DNA from: Bacillus subtilis subsp. subtilis str. 168
GTDB taxonomy: Bacteria > Bacillota > Bacilli > Bacillales > Bacillaceae
NCBI RefSeq assembly: GCF_000009045.1
Contig: NC_000964.3
Location: 3,534,001 to 3,598,000, forward strand
Reading direction: 5' to 3'
DNA: 64,000 nt
The notes beneath the pieces were generated by a model, which worked only from the letters and a program-made list of their open reading frames with translations, was not told the DNA's origin and did no database searches. This document shows, piece by piece, positions 46,053 to 56,602 of this stretch. How positions within the stretch are numbered: position 1 is the first letter of the stretch; every line of letters begins with the position of its first letter. The translations under genes were made by a program, and so were the position numbers.

Positions 46053-47963
46053 CTAAGACTGAAAATCAAATAACTGAGAAATCATTTCTTCTTTTTCAAA
46101 CAGCTTTTCAATACTCTCGCGGATATTTTTGATAAAATCTCTTTTTTCTGTTGTCTGTTTTTTTAATTCAGCAACAATTCCATCATTTGCAGGAAGCGCA
46201 CCTGTGTGGAATGATTCATGAACTGAGATTTTCTCCAATTTATCGAATGTGTGGCTGAAACCAGCTGCAAGCCGGAATTGAAGATCGAAGGCATAATGCG
46301 AAGGGTTTTCTTCCATATGATGAATAGCCGTGATGATCGCCTGCTTTTTGTCTATGAAGTCTTCATCGATTTCCTGACTGTAAACCTTCTGGTACTTAGA
46401 AATCGCATCTTCCATATCTTCAACGATTTTCATACCGTTTTGATAGATTCTGACAGCGGATGAGAGATTGACTTGAATCGTTTCTCCCGAGCCACTCTTC
46501 CCTGTAAAATAAATATCGGAGCCTTTATAGCTGAAGCCTTTTTCCTTTGACAAGGCGTTGAGCATTTGAACGATGCTGTGGCCGTCGACGATAAGTTTTA
46601 GTGCGTCTTTTGTTTCTGTGTCGAGTGTTTTCAATGAGGACAGAATTGATTTTACATAGTCCACTATTTCACCAACGTCTTTTAAAGCTTGCATAAATTG
46701 GCCATGTTTTAGATGGTCTATGAAATGTTCGTACCGTGACTCTATGCCTCGCATACTCGCATTAATATTCGTTAATTCTTTTTTGATGACTTTCTTTTGC
46801 GTTTCATCAATATAACCATTTTCAGCTAACTGATCTACGACCGGTCCGCTGTTTCTCAACAAGGTATGAAGAAAACCTAAAAACGACGGCAGTTCCTCTT
46901 TTATTCGGCCATACATTTGCTTAACATCATCAAAATGCTCATATAGGACACTTACTTTCTTTAAAGCGCCGTCTGTGTTTTTCACTTTTTCAATCAGGTC
47001 TATGTCTATCCCGCTGGCTGCCTTTATAAAACCGTTCAAGCCGTCTTTTTCATAGTCATCCTTATATTTTTGAAGGAATTTTTGAATTGACCTCACATCT
47101 TCGTCAGGAACCCCATCCATAATGTTTCGGATGCCTTTTACACTTGTATTTGTATCTGCCATCTTCACATCACCGAATGTAATAAAATCGGCCTTGCCGC
47201 TGACTCCATACAGCGGGTCATCTTTTGAGATGCGCTGAGTGATGTTTGTTGTTACGCCTTTGTCTTCATAATATTTTTGGATTTCTTTTTTTAACTTTTC
47301 TGGCGGGATGGAATCTATATCTTCATATTTATAACTAAATTTCCTAATAACATATCTATATAAACTTTCATCAGTTTCAAGTAATTGATCAATATTGACT
47401 TGAGCTCCATTTACCCCATAAACTTCATCATATTCTCCATCAATCAATTGCACCATAACTTGGTTATTATTTGCAAGTGAATGTCCTAAGGCGAATGTTT
47501 TTAAATCCTCAGAGTTACCTGCTGCTTTCTTTGCTTTGTTAGTAAACTCCTTTGTAGCCTCATACTGACTATGATCAATTCCTAAAAAAAGACCAAAAAA
47601 GTTATATGACCAATCCTTATTATCGGCACTACCTTCTGAAATAATCTGAAGCTGATCAATATGTTTTTTCTCATCTATTATATGGATTGCCGTTCCATCG
47701 TAACCTGATTCTCTGGTCGAACTTTGTATACTTGTATTCTGATTTACAAGTTCATTGGAGGTGTAAATTTCAATTTTCATATTCTCAGGAAGATCGTGGT
47801 GGGTTTCCTCTTTATAAATTCTGCGTATATCTGCTTCGAAATCCTTCTTAGCTTTCTTAACTTCACTCGCAATAGTTGAGGCAAACTTTTGTTTATAGTC
47901 ATATTCTAAATCAATTAACCTTAACTTTACGTTCTCATTCTCAAATACATTTTTATTTCCCAT
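46053..47963 (-). CDS. yvcB: Alpha/beta-hydrolase (lipase-like) N-terminus plus helical C-terminus; candidate secreted toxin
   Basis: EGS..DW, GHSLA (Ser162), NGA and DDPL motifs; no signal peptide; 636 aa. Confidence 0.8.
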   Translation of the reverse strand: MGNKNVFENENVKLRLIDLEYDYKQKFASTIASEVKKAKKDFEADIRRIYKEETHHDLPENMKIEIYTSNELVNQNTSIQSSTRESGYDGTAIHIIDEKKHIDQLQIISEGSADNKDWSYNFFGLFLGIDHSQYEATKEFTNKAKKAAGNSEDLKTFALGHSLANNNQVMVQLIDGEYDEVYGVNGAQVNIDQLLETDESLYRYVIRKFSYKYEDIDSIPPEKLKKEIQKYYEDKGVTTNITQRISKDDPLYGVSGKADFITFGDVKMADTNTSVKGIRNIMDGVPDEDVRSIQKFLQKYKDDYEKDGLNGFIKAASGIDIDLIEKVKNTDGALKKVSVLYEHFDDVKQMYGRIKEELPSFLGFLHTLLRNSGPVVDQLAENGYIDETQKKVIKKELTNINASMRGIESRYEHFIDHLKHGQFMQALKDVGEIVDYVKSILSSLKTLDTETKDALKLIVDGHSIVQMLNALSKEKGFSYKGSDIYFTGKSGSGETIQVNLSSAVRIYQNGMKIVEDMEDAISKYQKVYSQEIDEDFIDKKQAIITAIHHMEENPSHYAFDLQFRLAAGFSHTFDKLEKISVHESFHTGALPANDGIVAELKKQTTEKRDFIKNIRESIEKLFEKEEMISQLFDFQS

Positions 47964-47964
47964 C

Positions 47965-48690
47965 TTATTTCTCCTTTTTATCTATTAAAAAGGTGATAGA
48001 ATTAATTAATTTCTCAACTTTATTTTTAGCCTTTTCTTCATCTAAGGAGCATGGTTGATTTTCATTTTTGCATCCAAGGGTAAAGGCGTATTCTACTCCT
48101 AGGTTATCTTCCTCTGTAGACTTAACATATCCAAAATAACTGTATGAATAATTATATTTTCTATCAATATCGTCAAAGATGTCTTTTTTCTTGGCAGTGT
48201 AAATATCCGTTTTCTTTTTGCTGCTTTTTTTGTATTCGCCTTTATAATCATTTTTTCCACTAACAATATCTAGCATTGTCTTAGGTTCATTCGCAAAACT
48301 TTCTTCTTTGTAATATGTTACATGGCCATCAAACATTACATTGGTGTCTTTATCATAACTATTAAATCCAATACTTTCTTTGTTTTTCCCGGTTAACGAT
48401 GATCTTCTTGATAGATACTTTCCATCCTCCGGAAACAACATCCTAAACCCTTTCAGCTTAGATTCCAGCAAATAATATCCTGGTTCCTCTTCTTTTGTTG
48501 ACACCATGTACTCTCTCGTTTTCTCGTCCTGAAACGCAGGTACTTGAGGCAGATCCTTGGGATCCATGTCTTTTGGTTTTACCGCTTCTGTTTTATTGTC
48601 ATTTGTGCTGTTTTTATCATTGTCATTCATACTGCATCCTCCTGTCAGGGCAAGTAATAAGCTGAAGCAAATAAAGATGATCTTTTTCAT
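47965..48690 (-). CDS. yvcA: Lipoprotein; candidate immunity protein
   Basis: MKK + hydrophobic core + LTGGC; stop lies 1 nt before the yvcB ATG; 241 aa. Confidence 0.85.
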   Translation of the reverse strand: MKKIIFICFSLLLALTGGCSMNDNDKNSTNDNKTEAVKPKDMDPKDLPQVPAFQDEKTREYMVSTKEEEPGYYLLESKLKGFRMLFPEDGKYLSRRSSLTGKNKESIGFNSYDKDTNVMFDGHVTYYKEESFANEPKTMLDIVSGKNDYKGEYKKSSKKKTDIYTAKKKDIFDDIDRKYNYSYSYFGYVKSTEEDNLGVEYAFTLGCKNENQPCSLDEEKAKNKVEKLINSITFLIDKKEK

Positions 48691-48905
48691 TACGAACCTC
48701 CACGGGTTTTGTGAGAATAGTATTCTATTTTTATATCAAAAATAATTCTATTGACCTGGTTAAGAGATGATTATTTCATCCTTTTTCATGTTACATCATG
48801 GCGGAATTTGGATAAATAGGAAATGAGACTCGGTTTTGATCTCCTTTTATTAACTAATCATATATAACACCCAATATAAATCTAAATACCTATTACTTTT
48901 TTCAC

Positions 48906-48937
48906 AAAACAAAAAGAGCCGTATCATCCGGCTCTTT
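48906..48937 (-). terminator. his operon terminator
   Basis: AAAGAGCCG-GATGATA-CGGCTCTTTTT-GTTTT. Confidence 0.82.
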
Positions 48938-49565
48938 ACTCTTCAATCTCAGAATGGCGTTTTTTCAATACGTCAAGCACATCATCCAGCGGCAGGGATT
49001 GTTCTCTGAGCAGGACAAGCAGGTGATACAGCAGGTCTGCCGCTTCCCATTTGAGTTCCTCATGATCCCGGTTTTTCGCGGCGATGATGACTTCGGATGC
49101 TTCTTCTCCGACTTTTTTCAAAATCTTATCGACGCCTTCACGGAAGAGGTACGTGGTGTAAGCTCCTTCAGGCATTTCCGCTTGGCGTTCCGCGATCACC
49201 CGCTCCAGTTCGTTCATGATGCCGAATCGGTCCGCGGCCTGTTCTTCTGTTTGTTCCTTTGTAAAACAGCTGTAGCTGCCAGTGTGGCATGCCGGGCCTG
49301 ACGGTTCTACGAGTACGAGCAGCGCGTCTTGATCGCAGTCATACCGGATACCTTTGACGGCTTGCGTGTTCCCTGAGGTTTCTCCTTTATGCCATAACGC
49401 TTGGCGTGAGCGGCTGTAAAACCATGTTTCCTTCGTTTCCAGCGTTTTTTCGTACGATTCCTTGTTCATATACGCAAGTGTCAGCACTTCTTTGCTTGCC
49501 GCATCCTGCACGATAGCAGGAATTAATCCGTCCTCGTTAAAACGCAGTTCATCTGCCTGTTTCAT
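48936..49565 (-). CDS. hisIE: Bifunctional phosphoribosyl-AMP cyclohydrolase / phosphoribosyl-ATP pyrophosphatase
   Basis: KGETSGN, DCDQD, ACHTG, KKVGEE and EAADLLYH. Confidence 0.97.
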   Translation of the reverse strand: MKQADELRFNEDGLIPAIVQDAASKEVLTLAYMNKESYEKTLETKETWFYSRSRQALWHKGETSGNTQAVKGIRYDCDQDALLVLVEPSGPACHTGSYSCFTKEQTEEQAADRFGIMNELERVIAERQAEMPEGAYTTYLFREGVDKILKKVGEEASEVIIAAKNRDHEELKWEAADLLYHLLVLLREQSLPLDDVLDVLKKRHSEIEE

Positions 49566-50320
49566 CTCACATTCACCCCGTACTCTTTCAAGTATGATTT
49601 CACTTCTTTAATCGATGTTTCTTTATAATGAAAAATTGAGGCGGCCAGCGCGGCGTCGGCTTCTCCTTTTGTAAAAGCCTCAAGCATATGCTGTGCGTTT
49701 CCCGCGCCTCCCGAAGCGATAACAGGGACGGGGACAGCTTCGGAAACAAGCTTTGTCAGCGTGTGGTCGAAACCTTTTTTCTCACCGTCGGAGTCCATGC
49801 TTGTCAGCAATATTTCTCCTGCCCCGCGTTTGACGCCTTCTTTTGCCCACGCGGTGACCTCCCAATCTGTTTTCTTTCTGCCGCCGTGCGTGTAGACCTT
49901 ATATGTGTCAGATTCTTTGTCATACTTGGCATCAATGGCAAGTACGATGCATTGAGAACCGAAAAACTCGGCTCCTTCTGTAATCAGCTCAGGGCGGAGA
50001 ACAGCTGCCGTGTTCACCGACACTTTGTCCGCTCCGGCACGCAGTATCGTTTTCATATCGCTGAGCTGATTGATGCCGCCGCCGACTGTAAACGGAATGG
50101 CAAGCTTCGCGGCAACCTGCTCCACAACGTCAACCATCGTCTTTCGTCCTTCGTGCGAGGCGGAGATATCAAGAAAAACAAGTTCATCCGCACCTTCCCG
50201 GTCGTACACTTCGGCGAGTTCAACTGGGTCACCGGCATCCTTCAATTCGAGAAATTGAATTCCTTTGACAACGCGTCCTTCTTTGACATCAAGGCATGGG
50301 ATAATCCGTTTTGTGATCAT
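49562..50320 (-). CDS. hisF: Imidazole glycerol phosphate synthase cyclase subunit
   Basis: [18 protein letters not shown] and IASGGAG. Confidence 0.98.
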   Translation of the reverse strand: MITKRIIPCLDVKEGRVVKGIQFLELKDAGDPVELAEVYDREGADELVFLDISASHEGRKTMVDVVEQVAAKLAIPFTVGGGINQLSDMKTILRAGADKVSVNTAAVLRPELITEGAEFFGSQCIVLAIDAKYDKESDTYKVYTHGGRKKTDWEVTAWAKEGVKRGAGEILLTSMDSDGEKKGFDHTLTKLVSEAVPVPVIASGGAGNAQHMLEAFTKGEADAALAASIFHYKETSIKEVKSYLKEYGVNVR

Positions 50321-51054
50321 TTGCGCTTCACCCTTTCAAGCGCCTCACTCAGCGTAAACTGATTGGTATACAGCGCTTTTCCGATGATCGCTCCAGAGAC
50401 GCCGTCCGCCTCATTGCGGGCGAGAGCTTCGAGATCCGCGACGGAGCTGACTCCGCCGGAAGCGATCACCGATTTCCCCGTTTCCTTAGCAAGCTCGACC
50501 GTGCTTTTAACATTGGGGCCTGACAGCATTCCATCTGTCGCGATGTCAGTAAAAATAAAGACTTCCGCACCTTCATTGGCTAGCTCTTTGCCCAGTTCAG
50601 TTGCCTTAAGGGTTGATGTTTCAAGCCATCCCTCTGTTGAAACAAAACCGTTTCTCGCATCCAGTCCGATTGCAATTTTCTCGCCATATTGTTTCAGCAT
50701 TTTTTTGACAAACGGAGGGTTAGAAACTGCTGAGCTTCCCAGGATCACCCGCTCGACTCCTGCTGATAAATATTCATAGACGTCATTTTCAGAACGGATC
50801 CCACCGCCGATTTCGACTTTCAGGTTCAGCTTTTGCGCAATCTCAATCACATGGCGGTCATTCACTCTTTTCCCTTCTTTGGCCCCGTCGAGATCAACGA
50901 GATGGATCCATTCGGCACCCTCTTTCTCAAATAACTCAGCCATGTCGTACGGTGAATCGCCATATATCGTTTCCTTATTATAATCCCCTTGAACAAGGCG
51001 AACACATTTGCCGTTTCTCATATCAATTGCCGGATATAATGTAAAAGCACTCAT
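50317..51054 (-). CDS. hisA: ProFAR isomerase
   Basis: [22 protein letters not shown] and TDIATDG. Confidence 0.97.
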   Translation of the reverse strand: MSAFTLYPAIDMRNGKCVRLVQGDYNKETIYGDSPYDMAELFEKEGAEWIHLVDLDGAKEGKRVNDRHVIEIAQKLNLKVEIGGGIRSENDVYEYLSAGVERVILGSSAVSNPPFVKKMLKQYGEKIAIGLDARNGFVSTEGWLETSTLKATELGKELANEGAEVFIFTDIATDGMLSGPNVKSTVELAKETGKSVIASGGVSSVADLEALARNEADGVSGAIIGKALYTNQFTLSEALERVKRK

Positions 51055-51689
51055 TTTTTCACCTTCTGTTCTGCTGCCATTTTCGTAAATTGGGTTAAAA
51101 TAGACATTCCGACCGTGCTGCTTTTTTCCGGATGAAATTGGGCGCCGAAGACGTTTCTTTTTCCGACTACAGCAGGCACTCGTACACCATAATCGGCGCT
51201 TGCCAGAAGCGCGTTCTCCTCCATCCCGTCAATGTAATAGGAATGAACGAAGTAAGCGTAGCCTTGTTCTGTTTTAGTCAGCAGCGGAGATTCATTATGA
51301 AAAGAAAGACGATTCCAGCCCATATGCGGAACCTTCAGCTTGTTTCCTTTTTCATCTTCTGCTTTCAGCCTGACTGCTTTTCCTTTTAACAGCCCGAGTC
51401 CTGAAGCGGTGCCGTTTTCTTCGCTTTCTTCAAATAAAAGCTGCATGCCGAGGCAGATCCCGAGAAGCAGCCTTCCCTCTGAGACCATATCGTGAATCAA
51501 TTGATCAAGCTTCGTGTAGCCCAAATTGTCCATCGCGTCTCCAAATGAACCGACTCCCGGCAAAATGAAAGCATCAGCTTCTTTCAGCTCCTCCGGCTTT
51601 TCAGAAACAAAATACGGCACGCCGACACGTTCAAGCGCCTTTGAGACACTGTATAAATTCCCCATTCCGTAATCTATCACGCCGATCAT
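51051..51689 (-). CDS. hisH: IGP synthase glutaminase subunit
   Basis: DYGMGN, GICLGMQ and QFHPEKS. Confidence 0.97.
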   Translation of the reverse strand: MIGVIDYGMGNLYSVSKALERVGVPYFVSEKPEELKEADAFILPGVGSFGDAMDNLGYTKLDQLIHDMVSEGRLLLGICLGMQLLFEESEENGTASGLGLLKGKAVRLKAEDEKGNKLKVPHMGWNRLSFHNESPLLTKTEQGYAYFVHSYYIDGMEENALLASADYGVRVPAVVGKRNVFGAQFHPEKSSTVGMSILTQFTKMAAEQKVKK

Positions 51690-52274
51690 TTACAGCATCC
51701 CTTTCGTTGACGGTATTCCTTTAACTCGCGGATCGATCGTTGTCGCTTCATCAAGCGCACGTCCCAGTGCTTTAAAAACGGCTTCAATCATGTGGTGGGT
51801 ATTTGTTCCATAATGAACGATGACGTGCAGGTTCATTCGAGCTTCGAGCGCCAGCTTCCACAAAAATTCATGTACAAGCTCCGTATCGAAAGTTCCGACT
51901 TTAGCAGCCGGGAAATCAGCGCGCATTTCTAAGTGCGGCCGGTTGCTTAAATCAATCACAACTTGAGCAAGTGCCTCATCCATCGGCACAAACGCCGATC
52001 CGTAGCGTTTGATTCCTTTTTTATCGCCCAACGCTTCGAGCAGCGCCTGCCCTAAGCAGATGCCGATATCTTCAGTCGTGTGGTGATCATCTATATCAAC
52101 ATCGCCTTTTGCGTTAATGGAAAGATCAAATTGGCCGTGTTTCGTGAATAAATCCAACATATGTGTCATAAACGGCACATCTGTTTTAATATCCGCTTGT
52201 CCTCCGCCGTCTATTGTAAATGCCAGCTCAATATCTGTTTCGTTTGTTTTCCTGACGCGTTCCGCTTTTCTCAT
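51690..52274 (-). CDS. hisB: Imidazoleglycerol-phosphate dehydratase
   Basis: DDHHTTED and [10 protein letters not shown]. Confidence 0.98.
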   Translation of the reverse strand: MRKAERVRKTNETDIELAFTIDGGGQADIKTDVPFMTHMLDLFTKHGQFDLSINAKGDVDIDDHHTTEDIGICLGQALLEALGDKKGIKRYGSAFVPMDEALAQVVIDLSNRPHLEMRADFPAAKVGTFDTELVHEFLWKLALEARMNLHVIVHYGTNTHHMIEAVFKALGRALDEATTIDPRVKGIPSTKGML

Positions 52275-53554
52275 TTAGAAATCCTCCGTTCTCTCGCTTC
52301 AATTGATCTGGCATGGGCTTCTAACCCTTCCAGTCTGGCAAAAGCCGCGATGCTTTCGGCATGTTCTTCAAAGGCTGATTGACTGTAAGAAATAATGCTC
52401 GATTTCTTTTGAAAATCAGTTACGTTTAATGGACTTGAAAATCTGGCTGTTCCGTTTGTCGGAAGCACATGGTTCGGTCCGGCAAAATAATCACCGACAG
52501 GCTCAGGGCTGTATCTGCCTAAGAAAATTGCACCCGCATGTTTGATACTGCCAAGCAAAGCTTCCGGAGACTGTGTTATGATTTCTAAATGCTCTGGCGC
52601 GAGTGTATTGACAGTCTCAATCGCTTCTACCATTGTTTCCGCCACATATATACAACCGTAATCTCTCACTGAAGCTTCCGCTATTTCTCTTCGCGGCAAG
52701 GTTTCCAGCTGCTTATTCACCTCGGCTGAAACCGTCTCGGCCAGCGCCATGGAATCTGTGACAAACACACATGAGCTAAGCTTATCGTGTTCCGCCTGTG
52801 ACAGCAGATCGGCTGCAATTTCGCTCGGAATCGCTGTTTCATCAGCCAGCACGACGATTTCACTCGGTCCGGCAATCATATCGATATCGACATCGCCGAA
52901 CACTTCTCGTTTGGCAAGCGCGACATAAATGTTGCCCGGACCCGTGATTTTATCCACCGGCTCAATGGTTTCTGTTCCGTATGCTAACGCCGCAATCGCC
53001 TGAGCGCCGCCCATTTTGTAAATGTCTTTTATGCCCAGCTCGGCTGCAGCAACCAAAACTCCAGGAGACAGCAGACCGTCTTTTCCCGGAGGCGTGACGA
53101 GAACGATTCTTTCAACGCCCGCTACGAGCGCCGGAATCACATTCATCAAAACAGATGAAGGATATGCGGCCGTTCCCCCCGGCACATATACACCGGCGGA
53201 ATCCAGCGCCGTCACTTTCTGCCCCAGCATTGTGCCGTCCTTTCTGTGATAAAACCAGGAGGATTGCAGCTGTCTTTCGTGATATTCCCTAATATTTTCG
53301 ATTGCCTGCCTAATCACCTGAAGAAGACGTGAATCCAGTGAGGTGTATGCCTCCTCAAATTCTTCTTTTGTGACCAGCGGGCTGTCTATTTCGATGCAGT
53401 CAAATTTCGCCGTGTAGCTGCGAACCGCCTGATCACCGTTTGCTTTAACATCTTCAATAATGGACCGGACCGTCTTTCTTTGCTCTTCCGTTCCGGCATC
53501 GATGGAACGCTTGAGAGAAAGCCGTTCCGCTCCGCTGATGGTTTTGATCTTCAT
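52271..53554 (-). CDS. hisD: Histidinol dehydrogenase
   Basis: YVPGG, GPGN, AGPSE, QAEHD and GPNHVLPT. Confidence 0.98.
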   Translation of the reverse strand: MKIKTISGAERLSLKRSIDAGTEEQRKTVRSIIEDVKANGDQAVRSYTAKFDCIEIDSPLVTKEEFEEAYTSLDSRLLQVIRQAIENIREYHERQLQSSWFYHRKDGTMLGQKVTALDSAGVYVPGGTAAYPSSVLMNVIPALVAGVERIVLVTPPGKDGLLSPGVLVAAAELGIKDIYKMGGAQAIAALAYGTETIEPVDKITGPGNIYVALAKREVFGDVDIDMIAGPSEIVVLADETAIPSEIAADLLSQAEHDKLSSCVFVTDSMALAETVSAEVNKQLETLPRREIAEASVRDYGCIYVAETMVEAIETVNTLAPEHLEIITQSPEALLGSIKHAGAIFLGRYSPEPVGDYFAGPNHVLPTNGTARFSSPLNVTDFQKKSSIISYSQSAFEEHAESIAAFARLEGLEAHARSIEARERRISK

Positions 53555-54192
53555 TTTGCCGTCTCTCCTTCCACAACGAGAGATAGGCGGGATGCCATTT
53601 CGTCAATCACATCGTCTTTCATGCGATAGCTTACCGGGTTGACAATAAAGCGAGAGGTAATGTCACAAATGTGCTCCGTTTCAACAAGCCCATTTTCTTT
53701 CAGCGTCTGTCCTGTGGAAACAATGTCCACTATCCGATCTGCAAGCCCAATGAGCGGAGCCAGTTCAATTGAACCGTTGAGCTTAATAATCTCGACTTGT
53801 TCTCCCTGCTCTCTGAAATAACTGGAAGCCACATTCGGATACTTTGTCGCGATTCTTGGCGCTACTCCGCTCCAGTCTGTATTCGGAAGTCCGGCGACAG
53901 CTAAGTGGCATTTGCTGATGTTTAAATCCAGTACCTCATACACATCGCGTTCCTCCTCCAGCATGACATCCTTGCCCGCAATTCCGACGTCTGCCACGCC
54001 ATGCTCCACATACGTGGTTACGTCCATCGGCTTCGCTAATATAAACCGAAGATTTTCCTCCGGCACATCGATGATCAGTTTTCTCGAATCTTCAAACTCC
54101 TCAGGGAGCCTGTAGCCTGCCTGCCTCAGCAGCCCTGCCGCTTCTTCAAATATCCGGCCCTTTGGCATCGCCATTGTGAGTAACTTACCCAT
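53551..54192 (-). CDS. hisG: ATP phosphoribosyltransferase (short form)
   Basis: AMPKGR, ATKYP and GSIELAP; 213 aa, no C-terminal regulatory domain. Confidence 0.97.
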   Translation of the reverse strand: MGKLLTMAMPKGRIFEEAAGLLRQAGYRLPEEFEDSRKLIIDVPEENLRFILAKPMDVTTYVEHGVADVGIAGKDVMLEEERDVYEVLDLNISKCHLAVAGLPNTDWSGVAPRIATKYPNVASSYFREQGEQVEIIKLNGSIELAPLIGLADRIVDIVSTGQTLKENGLVETEHICDITSRFIVNPVSYRMKDDVIDEMASRLSLVVEGETAK

Positions 54193-55360
54193 TTTGCTCT
54201 TCCTTTCTGGCACCGATAAAATAAGTGACGTTTGCAAAAGATTTTGTCATCTGGTCGATATTTTCTATTCCCGATAAATCTTGAAGAACCACTTTGTTCC
54301 CTTTCATGCGTTCTTCATTCGCATAAGCGATGGCTTGCGCCCGCTGCTCTTTGCTGAAAATAACAGCGTCTATTTCACAAGGTTCGTCCTTCATATGAAG
54401 GGCTTCAATCAGCCGGTCGATCCGAAGCCCGAAGCCTGTTGCCGGTGCAGGTGAATCAAAATGGCCCAGCAGCTTGTTGTAACGGCCGCCGCTTCCAATG
54501 ACAAAACCGACATTCTCGGCGTACACTTCAAATAAAATCCCTGTGTAATAGCTCATGTGGCTGACCATATTCAGATCCAGGCGGACATTTTCCGTACATC
54601 CGTAATCCTCAAGAATGTCCCACAGCGCCTTCAGCTCATCAACCACGCTTTTTCCTTGCGCAGAATCGACGATTTCCTCGGCACGTCCGCATACTTCTAT
54701 ACCGCCCCGCAGTTCAAGGAGCTCAAGCAGCCTGCTTTTATCAATGGAGGAAAGCGGGAGAGACTTGACATGCTCTCTGTAGCCGACGTAGTTCTTTTCA
54801 TATAAGAACCTCCGCAGCACATCAGCTCGTTCAACGTTTCCGAGCACCTCAACAAACAAAGCATCCGCAATGCCGGCATGGCCAATTGCAATTTTAAAGG
54901 ATGCCAGCCCAGCGTTTTTTAATGCCCCGACGACTAAAGCAATGACCTCCGCATCCGCGCTCGTCGTGCCGTCACCGATTAACTCCACTCCGACCTGCTC
55001 GAACTCAGCCGGACGTCCGCCTTCACGCTCCTGAGCCCTGAATACATTTGCCGCATAGCCGACTCTTAGCGGATGACCGTGTTTCAGAAGCTTCGATGCC
55101 GCCACCCTTGCAATCGGCCCCGTCATATCCGGGCGAAGCACCAATGTCTTGCCGTCCTGATCAAGTAGCTTAAACAGCTGCTGCTCTTCAATTGCTGACT
55201 GGACGCCAACGGTATCGTAAAACTCCAGTGTCGGCGTTTCCATAAATTGATATCCCCATTTATCAATCAAATCGGTTAACGATCGTCTCACCTTTTTTTT
55301 CGTTTCGTATAAACCGGGCAGTGTATCTCTCATGCCGTGCGGTTTTTCAAACATAAACAT
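54185..55360 (-). CDS. hisZ: ATP phosphoribosyltransferase regulatory subunit
   Basis: HisRS-like PHGMRD, LRPDMT, YYTG and GGRY; start uncertain by one codon. Confidence 0.96.
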   Translation of the reverse strand: MFMFEKPHGMRDTLPGLYETKKKVRRSLTDLIDKWGYQFMETPTLEFYDTVGVQSAIEEQQLFKLLDQDGKTLVLRPDMTGPIARVAASKLLKHGHPLRVGYAANVFRAQEREGGRPAEFEQVGVELIGDGTTSADAEVIALVVGALKNAGLASFKIAIGHAGIADALFVEVLGNVERADVLRRFLYEKNYVGYREHVKSLPLSSIDKSRLLELLELRGGIEVCGRAEEIVDSAQGKSVVDELKALWDILEDYGCTENVRLDLNMVSHMSYYTGILFEVYAENVGFVIGSGGRYNKLLGHFDSPAPATGFGLRIDRLIEALHMKDEPCEIDAVIFSKEQRAQAIAYANEERMKGNKVVLQDLSGIENIDQMTKSFANVTYFIGARKEEQNG

Positions 55361-55407
55361 CAACCCGAGCACCTCCGCTGTTATCTTATGAAGGAAAATT
55401 CCGAATC

Positions 55408-55459
55408 CTTTAGTTCGCTAATATGATAATATGTTAGCAGATGAAAGAATGAAAATCAA
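55408..55459 (-). promoter_or_regulatory. his operon SigA promoter with a putative HisR operator
   Basis: TTGATT-N17-(TGc)TAACAT; imperfect palindrome CTTTAGTTCGCTAATA at 55408-55423; no room for a T-box or attenuator. Confidence 0.6.
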
Positions 55460-55610
55460 CGCTTAACTTCAGTAAGGATATTTTTAGTTCAAATATCCTT
55501 CTCCTCATTATGAAAAAATCATGAATAATGTATTAAAGGTACGTAATATCTCAAATTCTTTATGTTTGGCATGCTATAATACAAATCAAATAGAGAACAA
55601 GGAGATAAAG

Positions 55611-56363
55611 ATGAAAACACTGCGAACTCTATGTGTCCTGATGATTCTTTCAGGCGTTATTTTTTTCGGACTTAAAATAGATGCAAAAGATATAGATATT
55701 CCTTTTTTGAACAGCCTTAAAAAAGTGGTTTCTGATAGCGATACAGACTCAGCTGCGAATAGCAAAAAGGAGCTGAAGGGAAGCGCAAAACCGCTGGATG
55801 TCATCCTTTACAATCAAATGGACGCACCCCGGCTCTATAACGGCTGTGAAGTAACAAGCCTTGCGATGGTGCTGAATTATGCGGGATACGACGTGACAAA
55901 AAATACCCTGGCAAATCAGGTTGCCACAGTGCCTTTGACATACAGCAGCGGATTAAAGGGTGATCCGAATGACGGATTTGTCGGGGATATGGCGAATGGC
56001 CCTGGTCTCGGTGTCTACCATCGACCGATCTATCAGCTGGCGAAAACCTATGCGGGAGACAAAGTGTCTGATCTGACTGGAAAAAGTATTTCCGCTGTTT
56101 ATCAGCAGCTTGAAAAAGGCAATCCAGTTTGGGTTATTACGACAGCCAACTTTACGCCAGTTGACAACATGCAGACATGGAAAACGCCAAACGGAACGAT
56201 AGAAATTACGTACAGCGAACACAGCGTCGCCGTTACGGGATATGATGATAAATATGTGTATCTCAATGATCCGTATGGCTATAAAAACAGAAAAACCGAT
56301 AGAACAAGCTTTGAAAAAGCGTGGAAACAAATGGGCAGCCAGGCCGTGGTTATTCAAAAGTAA
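55611..56363 (+). CDS. yvpB: Membrane-anchored or secreted C39-like cysteine peptidase
   Basis: N-terminal hydrophobic segment; YNQ..NGCEVTS, HSVAVTGYD and NDP; 250 aa. Confidence 0.85.
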   Translation: MKTLRTLCVLMILSGVIFFGLKIDAKDIDIPFLNSLKKVVSDSDTDSAANSKKELKGSAKPLDVILYNQMDAPRLYNGCEVTSLAMVLNYAGYDVTKNTLANQVATVPLTYSSGLKGDPNDGFVGDMANGPGLGVYHRPIYQLAKTYAGDKVSDLTGKSISAVYQQLEKGNPVWVITTANFTPVDNMQTWKTPNGTIEITYSEHSVAVTGYDDKYVYLNDPYGYKNRKTDRTSFEKAWKQMGSQAVVIQK

Positions 56364-56471
56364 ACACCTGAAGCCTCACTATGCTCTATTCTGAGCAAAT
56401 ACGACAATATTCATGCTTTTTGTATCAATCGGTAAGATCGATTCATTTTCCATTTTTCACCCAAAATTGTC

Positions 56472-56500
56472 TTTACTTTCAGGCTGTCTGTTTTTATGAT
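56472..56500 (+). promoter_or_regulatory. Probable SigA promoter of pelC
   Basis: TTTACT-N17-TATGAT. Confidence 0.55.
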
Positions 56501-56602
56501 TAAAGCAGATTCAGCCTTGCCCCGATCTATGCGAGAGAAGCCGGTGCAAGTCGCTGACGCTTCTCTTGCAAAAAATGAAAGATATCCGGGGAGGATTTAT
56601 CA

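Noticed and set aside
48800-48860. Orphan SD-like AAAAGGAG on the minus strand upstream of yvcA, a possible remnant of a lost partner or immunity gene
   Set aside because: No start codon at usable spacing and no ORF follows; too weak to call.
49688-50779. Long antisense ORFs (224 and 138 aa) opposite hisF and hisA
   Set aside because: Shadow ORFs on the strand opposite conserved genes, with no SD or recognisable motifs. The same applies to the many other 60-150 aa overlapping ORFs in the track.
55373-55460. T-box or leader-peptide attenuator for the his operon
   Set aside because: The leader is only about 65 nt, with no T-box motif, His codon run or terminator.
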